Assembly (NCBI GenBank): GCA_965603825.1
Contig: CBFDEM010000014.1
Span: 620,001-684,000, forward strand
DNA: 64,000 bases
Direction of reading: 5' to 3'
Source of the DNA: Blepharisma stoltei ATCC 30299
Lineage: Eukaryota > Protista > Ciliophora
Within the stretch, counting starts at the first letter, position 1; each line of letters opens with the position of its first letter. The notes under the pieces are model-generated. The model saw only the letters and a program-made list of their open reading frames with translations, was not told the origin of the DNA and did not search any database. Both the position numbers and the translations under genes were made by a program. Of the stretch, positions 36,901-47,800 are shown one piece after another.

Positions 36901-38099
36901 TTACTGTTTGCTTTGTCTATTTTATCGCTGTTTAGATAATGTGAAATACTTGTTTTCGTTTTATTTATCATTTCTTCTATGTTTTCAGGATTTTTAATAT
37001 TGAACTTGATTAATCCTTTTTTCAATTCCTCTTCCAAATTTTCTTCCTCAAAAGCGCTTTCATTTTGCTTAAGCTCTTTATTTTCTTTTGCTGCTTTTAT
37101 TTCTTCAGACAATTGCAGCAATCTTTCAAGATCTATTAATTTATTTTTTGCGCTTTCCTCTTCATTAAATTTTTTTCTCTTATGGTAAAATAAAACTTCC
37201 TCTTTAGCTTCTTCTATTTTTTCAGCTATATTGCTTATATCATCAATTTCGTAGATTCTAAGCAGTTCATTCATTTCCTGTTCATTTTTATTTTCTTGAT
37301 TCTTCATTTGATCAATATCAAATTCATTTATTTCCTGCACATTTGTATTTTCTTGATTATTTACTTGAACAATTCCCAATTCATTTATTTCCTGCTCATT
37401 TTTATTTTCTAGCTTATTCTCTTCACCAGTATTTAATTCACTTATTTCTTGCTCGTTTTTATTTTCTAGCTTGCTCACTTCATCAATATTTAATTCATTC
37501 TTTTCCTGCTCATTTTCATTTTCCTCTATACTTTCTTTGTTAATATTTAATTCATTTAAGTCTAGCTCATTTATTTTTTCCTGGTTTTTTATTTCATTAA
37601 TATCCATATTTTCATTTTCCTTCGAATTTTCATCAATTCCATTTACTTTCTCAATTTGTAGAATCTCATATTTTTCTTTTTCTTGTGCCATTTCACCATT
37701 TTCTTGAATAGTTTCTGATGGATTTTCAGGACTTTCTTTCTCACTTATTTCTATTTCGATGTTAAAATTTTCATCATATTCGCTAGGGAAATTTAATTGA
37801 GTTTTTAGAGGGATATTTCTGATTAAGTCGATTGCCTCCGAGCCCAGTAGTTTGGGATCATCATAAGTCTTCATATAAATATTGAGGATTAAAGAGCTGG
37901 AAATATCTGGCTGCAAGTGTATAGGAGCAAGGCTGGAGACTTCTGATAGTTCAAAAGCAAATGATGAAAAGATGACTTGAGACGTTATGGGGTCACATAA
38001 AGTATAGCAGAGCTTTGGAATGGTATCTGAGTTCACATTTGGCTTGAAATTAACTTCGTTGATTTTAAAGGTAACCAAACGAATATTTTCACTTATCAT
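27906..38099 (-). CDS. Giant C2-like/GTPase/SecA-like ATPase/vWA protein, copy 1 (~3165 aa after removing a 696-bp insertion)
   Basis: All ORF-track fragments share one frame and join via TGA=Trp. G1 GATGAGKS (~35679-35702), G3 DTPG, FTKY; SecA-type ILTGEGKS (~30213-30230), LLIDEVD, GVTGT, TRAYGRGIDF, GGVHVI, QIMGRCARQG; vWA DATGSM (~28560); TAA at 27906. Confidence 0.85.
35992..36695. mobile_element. 696-bp insertion bounded by 8-bp direct repeat AAATTATA (IES-like or transposon-derived)
   Basis: Repeat at 35992-35999 and 36688-36695. Excision gives KVYNFDSTFDIHRKIE, colinear with copy 2 KSYDLNQSLNIHQKIE. Confidence 0.8.
37262..37525 (-). repeat. 57-bp (19-aa) coding tandem repeat, about 5 units (ENKNEQEINEL...)
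   Basis: ENENEQEKNEL / ENKNEQEISEL / ENKNEQEINEL / ENTNVQEINEF / ENKNEQEMNEL at 19-aa spacing; only one unit in copy 2. Confidence 0.85.
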
Positions 38100-38402
38100 T
38101 TATGAATCTATAAATTTTTCTGAATATCTGCACAATAAAATGGAGCAAATATTTTTACTTAGACCTATTCGAATTTTAGGTCTTTCAACACCTAACTGAT
38201 AATAATAAAAGAACCTTGGTCCTAACTTTATTCGATATAAAAATACGTGAGAAAGTGACTTTCTTAAGCTAAAGCATTGCAAATGATAAAGCATCGTATG
38301 AGTACGCTTTACCGAAGCCAAATTAGAAAGAGGCTATAAAAACAGCAAGGAATTAATTATTCGTTTATCTTAAAGTGATTAAGAATAAGGACGAAAGTAA
38401 GA

Positions 38403-38458
38403 TATAGCGCTTTCCCGAGGATGGCGCGGAATGGCGCCATCCTCGGGAAAGCGCTATA
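38403..38458. repeat. Perfect 25-bp inverted repeat with 6-nt loop, GC-rich, TATA-terminated
   Basis: TATAGCGCTTTCCCGAGGATGGCGC-GGAATG-GCGCCATCCTCGGGAAAGCGCTATA. Confidence 0.95.
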
Positions 38459-39659
38459 GTAATCATTAAAGGGAACCTCTTGAAATTAGCCATTCTAAAG
38501 TGAGGAATTAGCCATGCCTTAATTTAATAGGCTTGCAGATTATTTAGCAATTCTCGGAATATAAGACTTTTGAAATCATAATTATTCACTAAAGTGTATG
38601 CAGGGGAAATATTAAGTAATTTTTAATCAGTGATTTTTATTAGTTTAAATCCATTTTATATTCAAAGTCATTTCTGCAAATTTATATAAATGGCTTTTTC
38701 AAAATAAAAATGTTTTGGGTATCGCTTCAACGAGAATGCTTTATTTAATTATAATAAAAACAACACTTTTGTTAGAGGCAAGGACTTTAATTGCTTATCA
38801 TTCTTATATAACCCTAAGTGGCAGAAGGATCATTATATTTATAAAAATATAAGTAAAATCGTTTTCTTTCTAGGAGAGAAGAAACAAGATTTGCAATTTA
38901 AATTTAGTTGCTTGCTTATATGAAATCTAATCAAGTCATTTATTGGAATATCTGAGGATTTAAAATGCGATTTTATTTGTGTATATTGAGTTCATGAAAC
39001 CTGTGAAGCAGAAGACCATTAAAGTGCTAAGAAACTTGCTAAATTATATTAAAGGGTATATATTTGTGTATTAAAATCAGTCCTAAAGCAATAAACAGTA
39101 TTATTCCTCTCTAAGGTTTAGAAAATTATGTTTCTCCCATATGAAGAATATATTAGCAATTTCATTTGTCTTTTATAATTGTAAATTTCTATTCTCAAGG
39201 AAAAGTATATATCAATAAAAGCAATGAAAAATTAATCAAGATACATAATTGAGATAGAAATATTAAATCATATAAAAGCTAAGACTTTTAGTGGCCAAAT
39301 TGTTATTAACAGCCTGGTCAATTACTAAAGTTAGCAGAAATAAGTAAAGATTAAATCATAAAATCGAGATAAGCCAAGAAAAAATGTTTTTCCTTAAGCA
39401 GCTGATATAAATCTTTTCCTATCCTTTATTTTGGCGACTCGGTTTTATTTCATCAAGATCCCATAAACAGCATTTTTAATAGCTTAAGGTGATCGCTATA
39501 TTGAATAAATTATCATAACTTTTTCTTGTTACCAAAATATTAAGCAAGCTGCTTCTATTTAATTGATAATAAATTTAAAAAATACGAATTTGCATAGGAG
39601 AGCTGCTTTTAAGGAAAGCTTAACATAAGCTTGACCATAATATAGAGCTTATATTATTT

Positions 39660-40107
39660 ATGGATGGATATGACACTAAAGGTCAAGCCTTACAGTCAAT
39701 TAGAAAAATAGCAAAAAACCATAGGCCAGATATATTTGCCTTTAAAAGAGATCCTAAAGATAACTACAGATGGCAACAGATTTTTCTTGCAGGTATTGTA
39801 GGACCCTCTGAAACTCCATATGAAGGTGGGATATTTTATATCTCGGTTCCGCTTTATAAAAGCTTTTATATTACAGTTCCTTACAAAAATTTTGCACCCA
39901 AATATAAGCGAGGACGGAATTATTCAGACAGAAATGCCCAGTTTAATCAAAATAGATATAGAAGATGGACTTATATGAATAATAGAGCTTTTGAAAAAAC
40001 CAAATTGGGAATTAGCCACTAATAAAGAATTAGTACAAATTTATAATGAAAATGAAGAGAAATACTTTTCTTGTGTTAAAGAAGCTACGGCTATGTACGC
40101 GATCTAA
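39660..40107 (+). pseudogene. UBC-fold (UEV-like, no catalytic Cys) gene with a +1 frameshift
   Basis: GPSETPYEGGIF in one frame; after a shift near 39860-39880 it reads FLTKILHPNISEDGIIQ...ELVQIYNENEEKYFSCVKEATAMYAI*. Gln occupies the catalytic Cys position. Confidence 0.75.
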
Positions 40108-40180
40108 TCATTTTTAAATAGAGAAATATAAATAAAGGCAAAATTTTTTAATTTTCGATTAAATCTTACTATAATAATTA

Positions 40181-40702
40181 TTAGTTATCAAAGCAAAGCT
40201 TAAATACTTCAATTGGTGATAATTCGCCAGTTCTCCTAAGCTTTTTCTTTGCTTTTTTATGTCCCAATCCAGCTGCTTTTTGCAAATAGTCAATCCCTAC
40301 ATTTTTATCTCTATACCCATAGAGTCCTTCTACATAAAACACTCCAATGCTGTACATAGATTCCGTGCACCCCATTTCAGCAGCTTCAAGCAATAGCTCC
40401 TTTGCCTTTGCCAAGTTCAGATCTCTGCCATTTTCTCCATGCAAATAGTCAAGTCCCAGGCAATGAATTTTTGCTCTTTTGATCATAAGAGATTGTCTTG
40501 ATGATAAAGGCTCCTCGACTTTTGAGGGTCCTAGGTAGAAATTATCTTGTTCTTCCTCTTCACTTTCAGATTGCTTTAAAAAGCTCTGCAAAATAAAATT
40601 TTCTTTAAAATATGATTTTGATGGATTTAAAGGGGAGAGGTCTTGTAAAAGGTTTGAGTAGGGTTTAAAATCTTGTTTATCGGCATTAAAGGTATGATTC
40701 AT
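40181..40702 (-). CDS. SEL1-repeat protein
   Basis: LGLDYLHGENG...KAKELLLEAAEMG, SMYSIGVFYVEGLYG...YLQKAAGLGH. Confidence 0.85.
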   Translation of the reverse strand: MNHTFNADKQDFKPYSNLLQDLSPLNPSKSYFKENFILQSFLKQSESEEEEQDNFYLGPSKVEEPLSSRQSLMIKRAKIHCLGLDYLHGENGRDLNLAKAKELLLEAAEMGCTESMYSIGVFYVEGLYGYRDKNVGIDYLQKAAGLGHKKAKKKLRRTGELSPIEVFKLCFDN

Positions 40703-41099
40703 TTATTTTCAGGGTTTTATGCCCCTTATTATTATTTTTTGAAATTTAATATAAAATTTGGTAAAATTTAACCAAATCATTTAATGCAAATTATTTTTTA
40801 AATTTATTTCAATTAGAATTTATTTAAAAAGCAATATTATCTCTCACTCATGCATTTAAGATAAATATAATGATTATTTTGCATATCAAAGAGGTTCTAT
40901 TTAATTCCTTGCCATAATGAGTCTTAAATATTTTTTAGAGATATTATGAAGAAAGCTTTAGCTATTAAGAAAAGCTTAGAAATTTCAATTGAAGATATTT
41001 CTTCACTCATTCTTAGGTTTCTCTCCTCTTTTTAAGTGCCAATTTAGCTGTTTTGGCAAACAGTCATACACTATGTTTTTAATTAAAATCTAAAAACTC

Positions 41100-41290
41100 A
41101 ATTCTATGAACAGAATTCGTGAAAATTTCAAATAAAATTCCTTAGCTTTGTCAAGCTCAAGTCTTCGCTATTCTCTCCATGCAAATAGCTAGGCCAAAGC
41201 AATAAATTTTTGCTCTTTTAATTATAAGAGATCATTTTGATGATGAAGGCTCCACCACTTTGAGGATTCGCGGCAATTGTATTAAAAGGT
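41100..41290 (-). pseudogene. Degenerate partial duplicate of the SEL1 gene
   Basis: TCTCCATGCAAATAG, AATTTTTGCTCTTTT and ATAAGAGAT blocks match 40400-40530. Confidence 0.7.
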
Positions 41291-41835
41291 TTGTAAAATA
41301 AAGTTTATTTAAATTTAATTTTTATTCGCTCAGAAAGGAGAATTCTTCAAAAAAATCTATATGGGGATTTATATTCCTCAAATTTACAATACTTTGATAA
41401 TATTTGTTTAAATTCAGAAAAATAATGTTGCTGTTAATATCTTAAATGTGCATCAATATATCATAAACATTTAAATTCTATTAAAATTAAATTTATATTT
41501 TATCTAAAAACGATTTTTGTTCTTTTATTGCTGACTTCGCTATTAAACAATTTCTTTACCTTTTAGGTAGCTATAATTTAAATTGAAAGCTATAATTTTA
41601 AAAACAAATTCTTTTTTAAGAAATTTCTCTTCCAGCGTAAATTGTCCTTTGAGAAGCTAATATCATTTAATTCATAATTATTTATGAAATTTAAAGTGAA
41701 TAAATATTGAAAACATATTGAGATCCGCTTATATGCAAATCTTCATCGTATAGCTTAATAAAAGCGCCAATTATTTATCAAATAAATATTCCACATTTTA
41801 ATTCAGATATTCCCGAAAATTTTATCTTTCTATAA

Positions 41836-44800
41836 ATGATTAGTGGAATTAATTCTTTTCTTGTCTTTAAGATCAACAAAGTTGAATTCAACTGAAAATC
41901 AGATCCAAATCCAATTTCAGAGCTCCTTTATACATTGTCGAATTCCCATACATCCCAGCTCATCTTTCAATCTCCACCTTTTGATTTGGCTCAAATCTCC
42001 AACCTCAATCCTGTTCAATTAGATGCTGATCTTGTTGATTCGATGACGCTTAGTTTTTATATGCAAGTCCTCGATGAAAAAAAGCTATTTGGGTCGGCTT
42101 TAATTGACCTTAGCCAAAATCTCCCTCTGAAAACATGGTTGACTATCCCGAGTAATAATGACGAAATTTTAAGTGTAGAAATAGAAATTATAAAAGAAGA
42201 AAACATTGAAAATTCATTTGAAATTATCCAAGAATCTCTTAGTGAAAGTGAAGTCAACGACAAAGAAAGCAATCTGCAAAAAAATAATGTAGAAAATAGA
42301 AATGAGCAGGAAATGTATGAGTTATTGAGGCTTAATGAAATTGATGACGTAAATAAATTAACTGAAAAAATTGAAGAAGTGAAGGATGATATCGCTTTTT
42401 ATCATAGAAAAAAATTAATTGAAGATGAAGAAGCAGCAAAAAATAGGCTAAGAGGACTTGAAAGATTAGAGCAATTACATAAAGAAATAAAAACAGCAAA
42501 AAAGGATAATGAAAAGAATAGGCATAATGCAAGTACTTTAGAGGAAGAAAATTTAGAATATGAGCTGGAGCAAGGGCTAAGCAAATATCATATTGAAAAC
42601 CCTGAAAAATTGGAAGAAATGATAAATGACACAAAAGACAATATTTCATTTTGTCTTAAAAGAAAAAGACTAGAAGAAGCAAAAAATGAAGAAAATATAC
42701 TTGCTGATTTGGAAAATTTGAATTCTATATACAAAAAAATTGCCTTAAAATCAATGATAATTTTAGATCCTAAGGAAGTTGAAAATATAAAGCAACTCGA
42801 TTTTCTTGAAGGAATGCTGAGCGACATTTCATCATATCCCCGCTGCACTGAAAGGTTTTTAACGAGTATTTTATGCTATGCCTATTATAAAAGCTATGAT
42901 CTTAATCAATCATTAAATATTCACCAAAAAATTGAGTCTATCGATCCTTATGATGAGTTCAGGAATTTTCTTGAATTTCTAAATCAAAGTGCTCAAGGAA
43001 TTTTTCCAAGAAAACTTATTTCTAGCTTTAAGGAAAACTTTGAAAATAAAAACTGGGAAAATTTAATTAAAGACACAGAAAAACTCCTCAAAGAGTATAT
43101 TCGTCCTATTAACGTAAAAGAACTTTCTCGCTTAATCAGCAAATCAGCTCAATTCTCTGAAAATATCGAAAATAAAGATATTATTTTGCTGATTGGGATC
43201 ACAGGTGCAGGAAAATCAACAACAACTCATTTTATGTGCGAATCAAAATTAGATAGGGTTCTGGAAGATGGCGTGAGTCATATCAAAGCTGTTGCTATAA
43301 AAAATCCCATATTAAAAAATATAACAATTTCATCGCATGCACAATCTGAGACTAGATACATCACTTTGGTGCCAATAAATATAAAAGATTCTCAAGAGAC
43401 TATTTTTCTATGTGATACTCCAGGGCTAATGGATACAAATGGAGCAGAAGTTGACATGGCAAACACAATTAGCATTGTTGAATATGTTAAAAAATGCAGA
43501 AGTGTCAGACCATTGATTTTATTAAGTAGCAAAACTGAAGGTGATAGATTTTAAGGAGTCAAAAAATTGGCTCACACATTGGCCAGACTTGTCCCTAATT
43601 TCAATAAATATAGCAATTCGTTTACATACGCATTTACAAAATACAAAAAGAAAGATGCTTCTAATATACATGCGTTGGTGAATAATGCTATCGGAAAAAT
43701 TGAGATTCCTGATGAAGCATTTCTCCATATTTTGAATGATATAAAGAATAAAACTAAAAACGGTGCCATAACTATTGACCCATTAAAAGATGATCCACAA
43801 GAATTGATCAGAAAAATATTGGAAAGAGAGCCAATAGAAGACCCCAAAAACGCTTTTGAAACTTTTATAACTGAAGACTCACGCCTTTCTATAAAAAACC
43901 AAGTATTGATTTATTCAAAAGATATTGAAAAAGCCTTAAATTCGATGAATTATGAGATAATAAAATATAAATTGGACGATCTTAAATATCTAGCTAGCCA
44001 ATTTAAACAGTTTGGGCCACAATATATTAGCTGTGTTGAGTCTGTAATCAAAAAAACTAATGATACATATGAGAATACAGTTACTCAGTTTAACAGCTTT
44101 CTTGATAAGCATGGAGCTTTAGATGAAGCTAATATAAAAGCTTATAAAGAAATTTATAATTCTCTTAAAATATCAGAAGAAATAAGAGAAAGTCATTTAA
44201 AAGGCGAAACAGTAAAAGCAGCAGCGATGGTAACCAATATTATCTCAAAGCTCAGTCTCGCTCATCTAAACTTAGAATCTGAAAATATTGATTCTTATAT
44301 CTTGAAAGCACAATTAAGTAATGCAAAACTTTTGAGCGAAACATTTGAAGATGTGGCACCAAATTATGAAGGTATTTGCAGAGAATATATAAATCTTATT
44401 GAAAGCTTATTGTCTTCTGCTGAATTTTTTATGGAGAATGATAATTTTGAGAGCTTTGCTAATACTTTATTGCAAGCAAAAAAATTATTAGGAATTATTT
44501 TAGGCCATTTGAATTTAGATTCCTTAAATGAAAAATATCATATTCTTTTAGATAAGTTTGTTTCAAGCTTGAAACAAAGATGTGAAAATTCAATTGCACT
44601 ATTAAACAAAGGATGCATTGAAAAAAACGATATAGAAATTCTTAAGACAAATATTACTTTGATAAAATCAGCGAATGATGCTCATTCTTTAAATTTTCTT
44701 ATCTCCAAATTAGAAATAAAGGAGCTTTTGCAATCAATTATTATTGTATATCAACAATACTTTGATAAAGCTAAGGATGATGTGATATCATTTATTAACA

Positions 44801-47800
44801 ATGAAGCGACATATAATGTAGCTGAAATTGAACCAAAATTTGATGAATTTAGCCTGTTAATGGAGATACCTGATATAGAGTATTTAATTTCTGCTTCTTA
44901 TCAAGAAAGCCTAAATTCACTGATAAATAAAATCAGCTATTTCAGAAAAGAAGCAAAAGAAATTGTTAAATCTTTTATAAATTCTCCTGAATCCATAGAT
45001 CTTAACCACTTGCGCAATTGTTTCTCTTGGCTTGAGTCAGGAAAATGAATAGAAAAATTCAGAGAAGGAATTTATAGAAATGAACTTTCAGGAATAGAAA
45101 AAGAGATCAAAAGTTATATTGACAAATTATTAGTTGAATTAAAAGAAATTGATTTAGGAATCAATTTTCCTTTTAATGTGTCTCAAGGATATAATATTGT
45201 TAAAAAATTAAACCCAATTCTTCAATTGAAAGAATTTGTTCCCTCATTGGAAAATTATGATAAAGATATTTGAATAAAATTCAAAGAAAGGGTAGAGGAG
45301 ACGCTGAAAGTAATAAAAAGGGAGTTTAACCCAGAGCTGCAAGACATTGAAAAGGAAAAAAATGATTTAAAAAGACTCATAAGCATTAGGGAAGAATATT
45401 TATGTTATGAAGAAGAAAAGAAAGAAGAAATCCTTAAAATTTATGGATTAGAAAATATTGAAGAAATAGATACAGAAATAAATAAAATTCAAAATTTCAT
45501 TGAAATTTTCAGCCAAAAATTGGAGAAGAACTTGTTTGATATTGATAAAATGGAAAATTCATATAACTATATTGTGGAGTGCAGAACTATACCTGAACTA
45601 TCTGAAATTCTTGAGCCTTTTTCTTCAAATATTATCTCCATATTATCTCAATTCTACAATAAGAATCTTGTTTCTTCAAAAAAATGCTTTGACATTATTA
45701 CAAAAAACATTTCAGATTACAGGCCTTGGGATATAACCCTTATAAAGAAAAATTCTCATCAGTTTTCTTTAAGCTTCAAAGAAATTTTACTATTGAATAC
45801 AAAATCTCAATCATTTTTCAAATTTTTAGAATATCAACCTCATTTTGATCATTATACTAACGAGCTCAATAATTTATGCACAATTTTCAATGAGAAGCTT
45901 AGAAATTGTATTGATAAAAATGAATTGAAAAAAATGTCTTCGCTTTTAGCTATTGCTAATGACTTTGCCAAAGTTAATGAAAATTTTGCAGCAATTTCGA
46001 TTGATTATGGAAAAATACAAAATTCAAAGCAAGATCAAACGTGCCAAAACATAATTGAATCAATTGAGACTTATAATTTTGATAGAGCAATTCAGTTAAT
46101 AAGAATGCTTGATGAAGGGGCTTATAATCAAAATATAGATATAATTAAAGAAAAAGTGTATTGTCAAATTGAAAATTTATTGAAAGATCTTAAAGAAAAC
46201 GCTTTAAATATAAGCAATTCTAAGTTAGATCATGCCCAAATAAGCTCTACGTGCTCAAATTTTCAAAAACTAGCTACTCTGAAAAATAATTTTTATAGTT
46301 TTTTTGATAGAGAAGTTGTTCAATTATTCAATGAACAAGAGGGAAATATTAGAAAGATATTTATGGATAAAATTATGGAATTTCTGTATACAATTGAAAG
46401 CGCTATTAGCTCCCATAAATATTATGAAGCTGAAGTAAAAATGAAAAATATCCAAGATTTGAAAAGTGATTTACTTAAGATATATGGGTGGAGAATTCAA
46501 GATCATCTCTCTAAAGTTCAAAAGAAGCTTGATGATATGCCACACTCAATACTTAATCTTATGAGGTCATGCAAAATTAAAGATTTTAAAGATTGCAATC
46601 CTAGGTTAACCTTACAAGAATTTGAAAATGCTTCAAATGACTTCCCAAAATATAAAGATAGTCCTAGCCAAGTTAAAAATATAATCCATGAAAAATTCGA
46701 TAGCATAAGACGCACTATGTTAATAAAATGCTCTTGATGAAAAAAGTCAATTATCAACGATTTATCTTCAATTTTAGAGATTTTACCAAGTGATTTTAAG
46801 AATTTAGCAAATATTTTGATTGATGACATTAAGAAAAACTATAAAGAGCATAAAAAATATACTATAGAAAAAATCAATATATTAGCGAAAGGACAAAATA
46901 TAAAAGATTTATGTGCCATGTACCGCAAATCTGTCAATAAGCCATCATGAAATAATAATTATTGGCGGGAAACTGATTATTCACAGGAAATTAATTTGTC
47001 ATGGGAAGCTAATTATATAGAAAAGAGTTTAAGGCATATTTTGATAAATCTTAACGATCAAATATGTCTTGCTATTGATAAAGGTGAGTGTGAAAAAGTT
47101 TTCAAAAATGCTTGGGTTTTGGAGTATAAAGGCAAATTAAATGATATAATATCAGACAGTGAATGAATTCTATCTGAAATTGAGCAGAGTCTTAAGAAAG
47201 TTATTGCAAATGCTTTTAATTCTCTTCTAAATATTGATCATAAAGATGAAAGCATAGAATGCATTGAGGCCTTAAAATGTCATACTATTTTTATGGACTT
47301 TAAAATCAAATTTGAGAAGGAAAAAGGAGCTTCAAATATGTTTAACTTTAACAATACTATTGAAAGCATGCTAGTCGGCATTTCAGAATTTTATGCAAAT
47401 CTCAATAAAAGCTATTTAGAGTTTAAACCTCCCAATAATGCCCATAGCTGCAATAAAATTTTAAACAAGCTTAAAGAATGGGATGAATTTTTCAGAATTT
47501 TTAAAGAATATTTATCACAATATCAAATTTATCACTTTTACATTGATTATGAAAGAATTAAAAAATTGCCTCGTTATTCTGGGCTTGTAGAAGACTTAAG
47601 TGAAGCTTTATGTCAACTGGATGATTATTTTATGAACTTGAAAATTCAAAATGATGAAATAAAGCACCAAAAACTCCTTGAAGACCGTGCTAATGAGATT
47701 CAAGATAGATTAGACCAAATAAAAAATTTTGAAGACTTAAAAAATCACCTAAATCCTCATGTTGCTAATTTTGAAAAAATAGAATCAGGAGCAATTAATT

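Noticed and set aside
39846-39862. Tiny intron that would repair the UBC-like frameshift
   Set aside because: The only nearby GT..AG is 17 nt, has an atypical sequence and gives the wrong frame.
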